IMG/VR virus record: IMGVR_UViG_3300020711_000298
Location: 36,981 to 100,980 of that record
From: a virus
Reading direction: 5' to 3' (one strand)
Length of the DNA: 64,000 nucleotides
Part shown: positions 1-10,608 of the stretch, in pieces
Layout of the letters: each line of letters begins with the position of its first letter
How positions within the stretch are numbered: the stretch's first letter is position 1
The notes under the pieces: generated by a model
The model's input: the letters and a program-made list of their open reading frames with translations, nothing else
Database searches by the model: none
Told to the model about the DNA's origin: nothing
Translations under genes and position numbers: made by a program

Positions 1-820
1 AGTAGGTTTAGAAGAAGCTAAAAAACGTTTAGGTAATGAACAATTGGCTAATCAATTTGCTCAACAATCTATTCAAGAAAGATTTAATAATAGAGTAGAT
101 AAATTAAAAGATATATTTGTAAGTATAGCTGAACCAGTTTTAGCTATAGTAAGTCCACTTATGGATTTAATAAATACAATATTACCAGCTATTAATGTTT
201 TATTACAACCAATAATTAATGATTTAAAAGCAATAGGAGTAGTTATAAGAGATCTTATATCTGAACCATTAAAAGCACTTAAAGGTATATTTTCTGGTAT
301 TATAGATATAATGAATGGAGATATTACAAATGGATTTAAAAAAATAGGAGTATCTTTATTACGTTATGTATTAAGTCCATTTCAAGCACTACTTGATGGA
401 ATTGTTACATTAATTAATTCATTTACAACAATACTTAATAAGATTCCTGGAGTAAATATTGGAGAAATAAAAGCCCCAGACTTAACTAATTCTATAGTTG
501 GACCTAATGTAGCAATGGCTGATGGAGGTATAGTAACATCTCCTACTCATGCTTTAGTAGGTGAAGCAGGACCTGAAGCTGTAATACCACTTAATCAATT
601 AATGAATGAATTTAAAGAAATGAAACAAATAACATCTCCTACTCATGCTTTAGTAGGTGAAGCAGGACCTGAAGCTGTAATACCACTTAATCAATTAATG
701 AATGAATTTAAAGAAATGAAACAAATATTAACCGCAATACTAAACAAAGAAGGTACAATAACTTTAAATGGTACAAAAATGGGTACAGCAATGGCTGTAG
801 GTTCATATAAGATTCAATAA
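1..820 (+). CDS. tail tape measure protein, C-terminal part (5' truncated by window edge)
   Basis: Amphipathic helical segments plus the C-terminal MADGGIV...ALVGEAGPEAVIPL motif typical of tape-measure tails; frame is open upstream of 44; precedes baseplate genes. Confidence 0.75.
   Translation, partial: VGLEEAKKRLGNEQLANQFAQQSIQERFNNRVDKLKDIFVSIAEPVLAIVSPLMDLINTILPAINVLLQPIINDLKAIGVVIRDLISEPLKALKGIFSGIIDIMNGDITNGFKKIGVSLLRYVLSPFQALLDGIVTLINSFTTILNKIPGVNIGEIKAPDLTNSIVGPNVAMADGGIVTSPTHALVGEAGPEAVIPLNQLMNEFKEMKQITSPTHALVGEAGPEAVIPLNQLMNEFKEMKQILTAILNKEGTITLNGTKMGTAMAVGSYKIQ
534..727 (+). repeat. perfect 96-bp tandem duplication (32 codons) in tape measure gene
   Basis: taacatctcctactcat...gaaacaaata starts at 534 and again at 630; TSPTHALVGEAGPEAVIPLNQLMNEFKEMKQI x2. 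Confidence 0.95.
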
Positions 821-824
821 CTTT

Positions 825-835
825 TAATATTTATA
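825..835 (+). promoter_or_regulatory. putative late promoter motif TAATATTTATA
   Basis: Same motif upstream of ORFs at 14958, 20746, 58894; variants at 22620, 35137, 47281. Confidence 0.5.
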
Positions 836-848
836 AACAAAAAACAAC

Positions 849-1118
849 ATGGGACTATTAAATTTATTAACATCACACGCTTCAAATTTAGGATTTAGCG
901 GAGCAACTCCAACAATAAATCCAGGCGCAACTCAACAATCTAAATTACATGCTGATGGAAATCAACCATCATATTCTTTAAATGGTGCTAATTTCCCAAC
1001 AGTAAACGCAGCATATAATGAATATATTGATGATGCGCCTAATGCTTTACCTCAACCATCTCAATTAGATTTAAACGGAGCAACACCATCTCAATATATT
1101 AATCATCTACCTCATTAA
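849..1118 (+). CDS. hypothetical virion-region protein
   Basis: 89-aa ORF between tape measure and baseplate genes, stop overlaps the next start (TAATG). Confidence 0.6.
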   Translation: MGLLNLLTSHASNLGFSGATPTINPGATQQSKLHADGNQPSYSLNGANFPTVNAAYNEYIDDAPNALPQPSQLDLNGATPSQYINHLPH

Positions 1119-2989
1119 TGGCTTTAATTAACCTACAAACTAATTTACGTAATTTAAAATACGGAAATGATAGGATTTATGGAGGTAGTAGTGGACAACC
1201 ATATATTACTACACCAATTCCTAATGGGACATCTGATGTAGGAAATGCCAATTATGATTTTATATTAAAAGGCGGAATAAACGCTATAACCGATTCAGCT
1301 ACAGATGTTTTACGTTTAAGTAAAATGTTTACTGATTTAAAAACCCCAAATGGGTTATTTTTTACAACTAAACAAAATTTACTTTCACGTACAGCAGTTC
1401 AAACTCAAACATCTGATATATTAAATGGAGGAATTTATACTCCATTATCAACATTAGCTGAAGCTGGTATTGTAGCGTTTGGTAGTCATTTACTTAAACA
1501 AGGTAGAAACCCATTTGATGATACTGGTGCTTATGCTACTAATAACTTTAATTTATATGGTCCTTATATAATCAACCAAAAAACTACACAACCATCTGGT
1601 GAAGATAGATTAGTTAATCTTTATAATACTTTAATAGTTTCATCAAGCAATGACATTAATATATTATCATATGATGGTGGTCCTGGTTCAGATTTAGGTA
1701 TAGGAAGTACTAATATTAGATTTGCTGACCAAAGAACAGGTATTAATAATGTTAATGGTAAAGAAATTATAAATGGAACTTACCAAACTACTAGAATGGT
1801 TCGTGTATTAAAAAACTGGATTCCATATAATGGTGCTACAAATGCCTATAATTTATTTAATAAAAATAATGATGAAGTAAGTAATTTAAATTCAACAATA
1901 TATTCAGGAACATATTCTTATGAACCAGGAATATCATATAATGTTTATAAAACAGGTTCATTAGAAACTGATACTACAGTAGCATTTACAAACGATTCTC
2001 TTACTTACACTCAAAATCAATTAAATGCTCTTGAAGGTGGTGATTTAAATAAAGATATAAGAGGTTCTCTATCAAGTCCTGGCGCTCCAAAAACTCAAGA
2101 TTTTAGAGCAATTTTAAGACAAGGATTAATAAGTTCTTCTATTATGTCTAATGCCCCATTGTATAATGTAGCTGAAAATAAAACTATTGAAGGTAGAGTA
2201 AATATGGGTGACCCGGGTAATAGTACAAACAAAAATTTAATATCTTACACCAATGGTGGTATATTAAATAGTAATAAAATAGCCCAACCCGTAGATAAAA
2301 TAACTGCTTTAGCATTGTATTCAAGTACAGCTGTAGATACAAGTGATATAGGTAAAAAAATTACAAATGATCTTGTAAAATTTAGAATAGCATCTATACA
2401 TAACAATAATCCTTCTCAAAAAACATTTATGCATTTTAGAGCAGCATTAAATAACTTTTCAGACTCATATAACGCAACTTGGAATTCAGCAACATATTTA
2501 GGTAGAGGTGAAAATTTTTATACATATAGTAATTTTACACGAACAATATCTTTAAGTTGGACTATAGCAGCCCAATCAAAACAAGAACTTATACCAATAT
2601 ATAAAAAATTAAATTACTTAGCTTCAAACATAGCTCCAGATTATACAAATCTTGGTTATATGACTGGTAATTTAGTACAACTTACTGTAGGTGGATATTT
2701 ATATGAACAAGTTGGTATTATAACAGGTTTAGTTTACGATATACAAGAAGACACACCTTGGGAAATAGGAATAAATGATGATGCTACTAATTATGATTCA
2801 AGTGTAAAAGAATTACCTCATGTTATTAGAGTATCTAGTTTTACATTTATACCAATACAAAACTTTATACCAGCTAAACAATCAGTAAATGGTAATACAG
2901 CAGCATCTATTATAGATAATAATGAGTATGGTCCTGAACGTTTTATAGCGTTAAATAATGGAACTATTTATAATAATTATGATTCATAA
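1118..2989 (+). CDS. baseplate / tail-tube initiator-like protein
   Basis: C-terminal FRAALNNFSDSYNATWNSATYLGRGENFYTYSNFTRTISLSW resembles contractile-tail tube/gp48-like domains; synteny. Confidence 0.6.
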   Translation: MALINLQTNLRNLKYGNDRIYGGSSGQPYITTPIPNGTSDVGNANYDFILKGGINAITDSATDVLRLSKMFTDLKTPNGLFFTTKQNLLSRTAVQTQTSDILNGGIYTPLSTLAEAGIVAFGSHLLKQGRNPFDDTGAYATNNFNLYGPYIINQKTTQPSGEDRLVNLYNTLIVSSSNDINILSYDGGPGSDLGIGSTNIRFADQRTGINNVNGKEIINGTYQTTRMVRVLKNWIPYNGATNAYNLFNKNNDEVSNLNSTIYSGTYSYEPGISYNVYKTGSLETDTTVAFTNDSLTYTQNQLNALEGGDLNKDIRGSLSSPGAPKTQDFRAILRQGLISSSIMSNAPLYNVAENKTIEGRVNMGDPGNSTNKNLISYTNGGILNSNKIAQPVDKITALALYSSTAVDTSDIGKKITNDLVKFRIASIHNNNPSQKTFMHFRAALNNFSDSYNATWNSATYLGRGENFYTYSNFTRTISLSWTIAAQSKQELIPIYKKLNYLASNIAPDYTNLGYMTGNLVQLTVGGYLYEQVGIITGLVYDIQEDTPWEIGINDDATNYDSSVKELPHVIRVSSFTFIPIQNFIPAKQSVNGNTAASIIDNNEYGPERFIALNNGTIYNNYDS

Positions 2990-3013
2990 TAAAATATTTT
3001 AATATAATTAATA

Positions 3014-3337
3014 ATGAACAGATACCAAAATATACCTAAAACTGTAATAAACAAACGCCCACTTTATAGAACTTCACGTTACCCTGAAGTTCCTTTAAGT
3101 TCGGATGATATTTACGTTTATACAACACAAGGTGATAGATTTGATATTTTAGCAAATCAATATTATGGTGACAGTTCATTATGGTGGATAATATCTATAG
3201 CTAATACAGGAACCGCAGGTACATCTAGTCCTTCAGACTTACCACAAAATTCTCTAGTAATACCTGAAGGAATACAAATTAGAATACCAGCATATCCACA
3301 ATCAACCATAAATGATTTTAACTCAATAAACCAATAA
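3014..3337 (+). CDS. LysM-like baseplate wedge protein (gp53-like)
   Basis: TTQGDRFDILANQYYGDSSLWWIISIAN...IRIP LysM-type signature. Confidence 0.75.
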   Translation: MNRYQNIPKTVINKRPLYRTSRYPEVPLSSDDIYVYTTQGDRFDILANQYYGDSSLWWIISIANTGTAGTSSPSDLPQNSLVIPEGIQIRIPAYPQSTINDFNSINQ

Positions 3338-3341
3338 AGTT

Positions 3342-6098
3342 ATGAATATAGTAGGAGAAAGTTTTCCTCAACCTATAGTAGACCAAATAAATACTCGTCA
3401 AAAGAAAAAAGGAACACCCAACAGGGACCCTGAACTTCTTACTTGGATGAATTCAAATACAGGGTGGGTTAGATTAATATCTTCAGTAGATGTTGATCCT
3501 ACACGTTATGCTTTTAAAAATGCTCCTTTACAAAATGCTCAATTAATAAATTCTGATTTAGCTAGACAATATATTCTATTTGGAGGTGTTTCAGATGGGA
3601 TAGGTAAAGCAGGATTACGTTCTGGAATAGCTACTGATAAGTCAATACATAATAATAATGCTTATGGTTTAGGTGGATCTGAAGAATTTGGTTTAGTTCC
3701 TATGCCTGGTATTACTTCATTTAATATTAAAACAGAAAATAAAGGTTCACTTAAAACAGCCACTATTGGGATCAAAGCTTATAATAGAACACAATTCGAT
3801 ATTATAAATACATTATATTTAAGTTTAGGTTATTCCGTTTTAATAGAATGGGGTAATACAATGTATTATGATAATGATATAAATAAACCATTAGAAACAA
3901 ATAATCCATATAATTTAGTTGAAGAATTTTTAGGTTTAAATAAACTTAAAGGAGTATATAAATGGGATGCTATACTTCCTAAAATTCAAGAATATCGTTT
4001 AAAGTCATGTGGTAACTATGATGCTGCTTTAGGTAAAGTAGTTAACTTTTCTTGGACATTAGATCGAGATTTAAGTTATAATATTACACTTACTGTTAGG
4101 ACAATAGGAGATATAATTGAATCTCTTAAAGTAAATATACTAACTGGAAATATAAAATTACAAATTACTCCTCCAAAATCAACTAGCACTACTCCTACAG
4201 AACAAAACCCTGTAGCTAACTTTGCTAATTCAAGCGATATTGGAACCATGATGTATAATATTCAACTTGATTTAGATAAAAAATCAGATTCAAATACTCC
4301 TACAGGTGTTAGTGTTTTAAAATTTACCAAAATAACACAAGCAATAAAACAAACATATGATGAAACTAAAAATGGAAACCAATATTATATTAGGTTAGGT
4401 TGGTTTTTAGAAATATTGCAAAATAGTATCATACCTGATGTTAAAAACGGAAATGTTAATACAAAATATATAACATTTGATACTGACATAGAATCAAATT
4501 TAATATCATTATATAGTAGACAACTAAGCGCTGACCCATCAGTATGTTTATTTAATACTAAATATACATTAAATAATGGAGAACAAGTAGAAATTTTAAA
4601 TTATGGTGAACAGTTTAAATTTTATGATCCTGATATAAAATGTTATTATGGGAAATTTATGAATGTATATTTTAATATGAATTACATTGTAAGTTCTTTA
4701 ACAAAATTAATAGACAATGAAGGTAAAATAATATTAATAGATTTTTTAAAACAACTTAGCTCTGATTTTTGTAAAGTTACAGGAAACTATAATAAAATTG
4801 AACCAACAATAAATGAAGAAATAAATAAAATAGTTTTTGTAGATGATGTGCCTATACCAGGATATGAGACATTATTAAAAAAAATAAATCCAACAGGATC
4901 ATTTAATGATGCTTTTTTTGTATTATATGGATTTAATAAAGCAACTAATAATAATTTAGCAGGTATTGTTAGGGATTTAAGTTTAACTACTACTATTACA
5001 CCACAATTAGCAAGTTTAATTACTATTGGTGCTCAAGCTAATGGTTATATAACAGGTCAAGATTCAACATCATTATCCACAATAAATCGTGGTTTAACAG
5101 ATAGAGTTAAACAAGAAATAATAGACCCTATCTCATCATCTGATTTTGATATCAATAAAATTTTAGGGCTTAGTGGGACTGGATTAACTATTAATGCGAC
5201 TACTCCACCACCATCTTTAGAAACTAAATATGTTAACCAAATTGGAATATTTAATACTTTTATAACTACATTAGGATCAATTAATGGTTCAAAACCAAAA
5301 TGGGACCAAAATGCTATTGATAATTTTAAAAACATAAATACTCAATTTGCAGAATATGACCAATATGCTCAAACAAGAAATGCTCAATTAAATAATCCAT
5401 CTGGATATATAGGTTCTCCTACTATAGGATTTTTACCATTTGGTTTAACATTAACTATAGATGGCCTTTCAGGAATGAAAGTATACCAAAAATATACTAT
5501 GGATACTCATTTTTTACCTTCAAATTATCCTGAATCATTAGAATTCTTAATCAACGGTATAACACATGAGATTAAAGATAATCAATGGATTACAACTATT
5601 GAATCATTCGCTGTTCCTAAAAATCCATTTGGAACACAAGATACTCCTATAACATCAGATGGCAGAGTACAAGGTGTTTCTCCAATAGTAAGAGGAAATA
5701 ATTATCCAGCAGCAAATTCAAAACAATATAGTAATATTAAATTTCAAAATATAGGACAAGGTAACCCATCTGATGATAAAATAAACCCAACTATTCTATC
5801 AGATATAAACAAAGCAGCTAAAAATACAGGAATAGTAGTATCTGTTACAACAGCAGTTAGTGGACATCATGATAATCCTCCAAGTCGACATTCTTCAGGT
5901 AATGCTGTAGATATAGCTTTAATAGACGGAATACCAGTAAGTCCAAATGCTTCTAATAGAGCAAAAATAGATACTTTTGTAAATGCACTTCAAAGCATAG
6001 GGTATTCTAAAAACTTAGAAAATGGAACTTTAAAATCTGTATTAACATTTGGTTTTCCAAATCATAATAATCATATTCACGTATCAAGTCAAGTATAA
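3342..6098 (+). CDS. baseplate hub-like protein with C-terminal M15/LAS-type peptidase
   Basis: Hub-like ITHEIKDNQWITTIES strand; C-terminal RHSSGNAVDIA...HNNHIHVS (HxxxxxxD...HxH zinc motif). Confidence 0.6.
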   Translation: MNIVGESFPQPIVDQINTRQKKKGTPNRDPELLTWMNSNTGWVRLISSVDVDPTRYAFKNAPLQNAQLINSDLARQYILFGGVSDGIGKAGLRSGIATDKSIHNNNAYGLGGSEEFGLVPMPGITSFNIKTENKGSLKTATIGIKAYNRTQFDIINTLYLSLGYSVLIEWGNTMYYDNDINKPLETNNPYNLVEEFLGLNKLKGVYKWDAILPKIQEYRLKSCGNYDAALGKVVNFSWTLDRDLSYNITLTVRTIGDIIESLKVNILTGNIKLQITPPKSTSTTPTEQNPVANFANSSDIGTMMYNIQLDLDKKSDSNTPTGVSVLKFTKITQAIKQTYDETKNGNQYYIRLGWFLEILQNSIIPDVKNGNVNTKYITFDTDIESNLISLYSRQLSADPSVCLFNTKYTLNNGEQVEILNYGEQFKFYDPDIKCYYGKFMNVYFNMNYIVSSLTKLIDNEGKIILIDFLKQLSSDFCKVTGNYNKIEPTINEEINKIVFVDDVPIPGYETLLKKINPTGSFNDAFFVLYGFNKATNNNLAGIVRDLSLTTTITPQLASLITIGAQANGYITGQDSTSLSTINRGLTDRVKQEIIDPISSSDFDINKILGLSGTGLTINATTPPPSLETKYVNQIGIFNTFITTLGSINGSKPKWDQNAIDNFKNINTQFAEYDQYAQTRNAQLNNPSGYIGSPTIGFLPFGLTLTIDGLSGMKVYQKYTMDTHFLPSNYPESLEFLINGITHEIKDNQWITTIESFAVPKNPFGTQDTPITSDGRVQGVSPIVRGNNYPAANSKQYSNIKFQNIGQGNPSDDKINPTILSDINKAAKNTGIVVSVTTAVSGHHDNPPSRHSSGNAVDIALIDGIPVSPNASNRAKIDTFVNALQSIGYSKNLENGTLKSVLTFGFPNHNNHIHVSSQV

Positions 6099-6100
6099 AA

Positions 6101-6703
6101 ATGTATTACCCATTATCTCAAATAAAAACCAATTTATATACTAATGGTGGAGAATATACTTATATCTCATCTGGTGAATCATATACTGGATATTATTGGA
6201 AAGCATCAGATGGAAAAATATTTTCAGGTAAAACTCCACAAGACACACCTGTAGAAGAATTAACACCTATAACTACTCAAAATTTTAATACATCTTCCAG
6301 TAATATATTCTTAAGTATAAATCAAGAAGATACAAATAATACAACATATCTTAATATAAAAAATATATCTGTTAATAATACTATTTATATTCCTCCATAT
6401 TCATTAACATTACCTACATCTCAAGATTATCAAATCGGAGAATTTACAAGATATTTTTGTAAAAAATCAAACGAAGTAGTTTATATTGAAATTAGTCAAG
6501 ATACATACAATTTATTACTTAATAAAGACCAACGTATATTATGGCAATTATATACTCCATTTAATATCCCATGGCAAATTACTGGAGATAAACAAATTGT
6601 AACTCAAACTAATCAAAATATAGTTGAATTAACAATATTTAAAAACAAATATTATCGTTTTAACGATTATCTTAAAAACGACTATTTAAAGTATTTTAAA
6701 TAA
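6101..6703 (+). CDS. hypothetical protein (baseplate region)
   Basis: 200-aa ORF, no recognisable motif. Confidence 0.55.
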   Translation: MYYPLSQIKTNLYTNGGEYTYISSGESYTGYYWKASDGKIFSGKTPQDTPVEELTPITTQNFNTSSSNIFLSINQEDTNNTTYLNIKNISVNNTIYIPPYSLTLPTSQDYQIGEFTRYFCKKSNEVVYIEISQDTYNLLLNKDQRILWQLYTPFNIPWQITGDKQIVTQTNQNIVELTIFKNKYYRFNDYLKNDYLKYFK

Positions 6704-6705
6704 AA

Positions 6706-6737
6706 CTTGGTTATTTAAGCCTTTTTTATTATCTTTA
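6706..6737 (+). promoter_or_regulatory. Bacteroidota-type promoter (CTTG-N20-TATCTTTA)
   Basis: Matches recurring TTTG-N20-TAnnTTTA consensus. Confidence 0.6.
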
Positions 6738-8030
6738 TTGAAAATAAAAGTTTTGTTTTATCTAGTAGAAAATACAGATCAATTACGTTCATTCTATAAT
6801 AAAGGCTATAAAAAAGCATTTGTTGAAGTAATACCATATAGTGATTTAGTACATCCCATTCTAAATCAAGTTTCATTACTGTATATAAAACCTATAACAG
6901 GCGATGATGAAAAAGGATATATATTAAGTGTTGATCATAATGAAACATTACCTGTAAATATAAAACATATAAATCAAATACTTAAACAATTTGATGAAAT
7001 ATATGTTAGGGATAAAAAAACATTTTTATATTATTTCCAAATTAAACAAACAATAGATATATGCCTTTCATCACCCCCATATACACATCCTACAACATCA
7101 GTTCATGAATATTTTTATAATATATACCCTTCACGTTTAGATATAAATCGAATTATACCTATAGTTAAACATTATGAAAGATGTGAAAATATGTATAAAC
7201 AGGTAAAAAATTATATTAGACCTTACGATAATAAACATTTCGATAAACTAATATATTCAATGTTTTATATTGAAAAAAATGGTATAAAAATAGATAAAGA
7301 TTTATTTAAACAATATTTAAAACCAAACAATGAGTTATTTAATATTAAAGATAGTAAAATATATACCCACTATAATTTACACACAATCACAGGTAGACCT
7401 TCTAACGCTTTTAATAATATCAATTTTGCCGCGTTAAATAAAGATAATGGATGCAGAATGGTTTTCATACCTGAAAATGATAAATTTGCCGAAATAGACA
7501 TCTCAGCATATCATCCAACATTAGCAGCACAATTAATAGGATATAAATTTAATGGTCCAATATATGAGACATTCGCTCAATATGCTCAAATAGACGTTAA
7601 AATAGCCAAAGAATTAATGTTTAAACAATTATACGGCGGAGTATATGATTCTTATAAAGACTGGGAATTTTTCGCCAAGATAATCGAGTATACTAATAAT
7701 ATATGGTTACAGTTTGAAAAACAAGGTTATGTTCAAGTACCTAATTCAAGTAAAATATTTTACAAAAATGAGTTGGAAAATATGAACCCGCAAAAACTAT
7801 TTAATTATATACTTCAAAACTTAGAAACATCAAATAATTCTCGTATTATATGGGATATTATAAAAATATTAAAAGATAAAAATACAAAAATAGTATTATA
7901 CACTTATGATGCTTTATTATTTGATTGGGACAAAGATGAACAAGACGTAATGGATGCTATAGATGATATATTTAAAAAATACAATCTAAAAATTAAATAC
8001 AATTATGGAACAAACTACGATTTTGCATAA
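6738..8030 (+). CDS. family A DNA polymerase-like protein (short, divergent)
   Basis: TGRPSN..NINFAAL, motif A DISAYHP, motif B KELMFKQLYGG, motif C YTYDALLFD. Confidence 0.75.
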   Translation: MKIKVLFYLVENTDQLRSFYNKGYKKAFVEVIPYSDLVHPILNQVSLLYIKPITGDDEKGYILSVDHNETLPVNIKHINQILKQFDEIYVRDKKTFLYYFQIKQTIDICLSSPPYTHPTTSVHEYFYNIYPSRLDINRIIPIVKHYERCENMYKQVKNYIRPYDNKHFDKLIYSMFYIEKNGIKIDKDLFKQYLKPNNELFNIKDSKIYTHYNLHTITGRPSNAFNNINFAALNKDNGCRMVFIPENDKFAEIDISAYHPTLAAQLIGYKFNGPIYETFAQYAQIDVKIAKELMFKQLYGGVYDSYKDWEFFAKIIEYTNNIWLQFEKQGYVQVPNSSKIFYKNELENMNPQKLFNYILQNLETSNNSRIIWDIIKILKDKNTKIVLYTYDALLFDWDKDEQDVMDAIDDIFKKYNLKIKYNYGTNYDFA

Positions 8031-8469
8031 ACTATACAATATTTATTGGGAGGACAATTTTGACCTAATAAATAATACAGATTTGAATAATAGATTATTA
8101 TGCTCTTTTTCTAGTTTAGAAGGATTAGATATTCTTATAGAAAATATTAAGAGTTCATACACCATAATGTATAATAAAATGTTTGTGCTTTATGTTAAAA
8201 GTACAGACGAATATGTTATTACATATAATATAGAACAAGGTAATGTTAATAACATGCCATCTAATACAATACTTGTGCATAGAAAAAAAGAACACAACGT
8301 ATTATACACTATTAACGCTTTAAATGAACTAATCAAAAAATTAAATGGAGGTGTTGTTAACCCAGCATTCCCTATTGAGTGGCAACATTATCGTAATAGT
8401 ATATTATTAACTACTCAAAATGAATTAAAACAATTAAATACTAAAATTCATAAAATTATAGAATTATGA
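8005..8469 (+). CDS. hypothetical protein
   Basis: 154-aa ORF between PolA-like and SSB genes. Confidence 0.6.
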   Translation: MEQTTILHKLYNIYWEDNFDLINNTDLNNRLLCSFSSLEGLDILIENIKSSYTIMYNKMFVLYVKSTDEYVITYNIEQGNVNNMPSNTILVHRKKEHNVLYTINALNELIKKLNGGVVNPAFPIEWQHYRNSILLTTQNELKQLNTKIHKIIEL

Positions 8470-8531
8470 ATAAAGAATTTCAAAGAAGCTATAGCTAAAG
8501 TTATTGAAATAATGAATAATTTTAAAAATAG

Positions 8532-8563
8532 TTTGGCTATTCAAAAATAGGTTATTATATTGA
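8532..8563 (+). promoter_or_regulatory. Bacteroidota-type promoter (TTTG-N20-TATATTGA)
   Basis: Consensus match upstream of SSB. Confidence 0.6.
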
Positions 8564-8588
8564 TGTTATATTTAAAATTTTATAGTTT

Positions 8589-9452
8589 ATGGATTTAAAT
8601 GAAATTAAGAGTCGCTTGAACTCTCTACAACAAGCAAAATCATCTAAAGGCGGCGGTGAAAAGAAAAATGTATTTTTCAAACCAGCTATTGGAAAACAAG
8701 TAGTTCGTGTTGTACCAAACAAATACAACAAAAAGAACCCATTTACAGAAGTACTAATACATTATGGTATTGGTAACAAAACAATGATCTCTCCTCAAAA
8801 CTGGGGTGAAAAAGATCCAATTGTTGAGTTCGCAAAAGAACTTCGTAAAACAGGTGACAAAGAAAATTGGCGTTTAGCTAAAAAATTGGAACCAAAAATG
8901 CGAGTGTTTGTTCCTGTAGTAGTACGTGGACAAGAAAGCGAAGGTGTTAAATTATGGAATTTCGGTAAGGAAACTTATATGGATTTCTTAAATTTAGCAG
9001 ACAATGAAGATATTGGTGATTTCACTGATGTAGCAGAAGGTAGAGACATTACATTAAACACTGTAGGTCCTGAAGTAACAGGTACAGCGTATAATAAAAC
9101 AACTATTATGCCTCGTACTAAACAAACATCATTAGTTGATGATAAAGTACTTATCAAAAAACTACTTGAAGACCAACCAAACCCAATTGAAACGTTTAAA
9201 AAATACTCTTATGAGGAAATGAAACAAGCGCTTCAAGAATGGCTAAACCCAGAAGAAACAGAAACTGAAGAAACTGAAGTTGAAGAAACAGTAATTGAAA
9301 CTCCTAAAACATCAACTAAGAAAAATTACGAGTTAAAAACACCAGCTAAGAAACAAGCAAGTAAAGCAGATAAATTTAATGCTATATTTGAAGATGAAAA
9401 TGGAAATGAAGATGAAAATAATGGTGATAACGATGATGATTTGCCATTCTAG
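8589..9452 (+). CDS. single-stranded DNA-binding protein (gp32-like)
   Basis: GVKLWNFGK, DFTDVAEGRDITL, acidic tail ending DDDLPF. Confidence 0.8.
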   Translation: MDLNEIKSRLNSLQQAKSSKGGGEKKNVFFKPAIGKQVVRVVPNKYNKKNPFTEVLIHYGIGNKTMISPQNWGEKDPIVEFAKELRKTGDKENWRLAKKLEPKMRVFVPVVVRGQESEGVKLWNFGKETYMDFLNLADNEDIGDFTDVAEGRDITLNTVGPEVTGTAYNKTTIMPRTKQTSLVDDKVLIKKLLEDQPNPIETFKKYSYEEMKQALQEWLNPEETETEETEVEETVIETPKTSTKKNYELKTPAKKQASKADKFNAIFEDENGNEDENNGDNDDDLPF

Positions 9453-9461
9453 ATATTAAAA

Positions 9462-9488
9462 TAAGCCCCTCAATAGAGGGGTTTATTT
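9462..9488 (+). terminator. hairpin terminator
   Basis: taagcccctc-aata-gaggggttta stem followed by T-rich tract. Confidence 0.6.
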
Positions 9489-9515
9489 ACCTTAAAATAA
9501 AAATATAATAATATT

Positions 9516-10607
9516 ATGGCTAAGAAAAAAGATAATACAGCATCGCTGAGTGAAATAGTATCCTCTGAACTTAAATCAAGTTTTGATCTCGACAAATATA
9601 AAGAGAAAAAACTTATGAATAACAATGTAAAGTTTAAAGAACAAACATGGATACCATTTTCTCCTGCTCTTCAAGACATTCTATCACTCCCAGGTATTCC
9701 TGTAGGACACATCACTATTATTAGAGGTAGGTCAAATACAGGTAAAACAACTACTTCTATTGAAGCAGCAACCGAAGCTCAAAAAATGGGTATATTACCT
9801 GTAATCATTATCACAGAAATGAAACATGATTGGAATCACTGGAGAACTATGGGATTCCAGATGGAAGATATAGTTGATGAAGAAACAGGAGAAATAATAG
9901 ATTATAAAGGTTTCTTTTTATATCGAGACAGAAGTACATTAAATTCAATTGAAGATATAGCTACTTTTATGTTAGATATAATTGATGACCAAAACAAAGG
10001 AAAACTACCATATAATCTTTTATTTATATGGGATTCTGTAGGTTCAATACCTTGTAATATGAGTATTGAACAAGGTAAAAATAATCCAATGTGGAATGCA
10101 GGAGCAATGGCTACTCAATTTGGAAACTTTATAAACCAAAAAATAATGGTATCCAGAAAAGAATCAAGCCAGTTTACTAATACATTTTTAGTTGTAAATA
10201 AAGTTGGAGTACAACCAGCAGAAGTACCTATGGGTCGACCAAAAATGACTAATAAAGGCGGTGACACAATGTATTGGGATGCATCTATAGTACTTACTTT
10301 TGGAAACATTACCAACTCAGGAACATCTAAAATAGAAGCTACTAAGGATAAAAAGAAAGTAGAATTCGCATTACGTACTAAAATAGCTTGTGATAAAAAT
10401 CACGTTAATGGTATTACTACAAAAGGAACTATAGTTAGTACAGTTCATGGTTTTATTAAAGATGATCCCAATGCTATTAACAAGTATAAAAAAGAACATG
10501 CTCATGAATGGATAAACATTCTTGGAGAAGGAAAATATGATGTAAATATAGATGAATCAGAATGGAATGAAAAATCAGATATATCTGAAATAGTTGATGA
10601 AGAATAA
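9516..10607 (+). CDS. recA: RecA/UvsX-like recombinase
   Basis: Walker A GRSNTGKTT, Walker B FIWDSVG, KGGDTMY loop, KIACDKNH. Confidence 0.85.
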   Translation: MAKKKDNTASLSEIVSSELKSSFDLDKYKEKKLMNNNVKFKEQTWIPFSPALQDILSLPGIPVGHITIIRGRSNTGKTTTSIEAATEAQKMGILPVIIITEMKHDWNHWRTMGFQMEDIVDEETGEIIDYKGFFLYRDRSTLNSIEDIATFMLDIIDDQNKGKLPYNLLFIWDSVGSIPCNMSIEQGKNNPMWNAGAMATQFGNFINQKIMVSRKESSQFTNTFLVVNKVGVQPAEVPMGRPKMTNKGGDTMYWDASIVLTFGNITNSGTSKIEATKDKKKVEFALRTKIACDKNHVNGITTKGTIVSTVHGFIKDDPNAINKYKKEHAHEWINILGEGKYDVNIDESEWNEKSDISEIVDEE

Positions 10608-10608
10608 T

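Noticed and set aside
8466-8550. Short possibly frameshifted ORF after 8469
   Set aside because: Too short and no recognisable homology; region is explained by the SSB promoter
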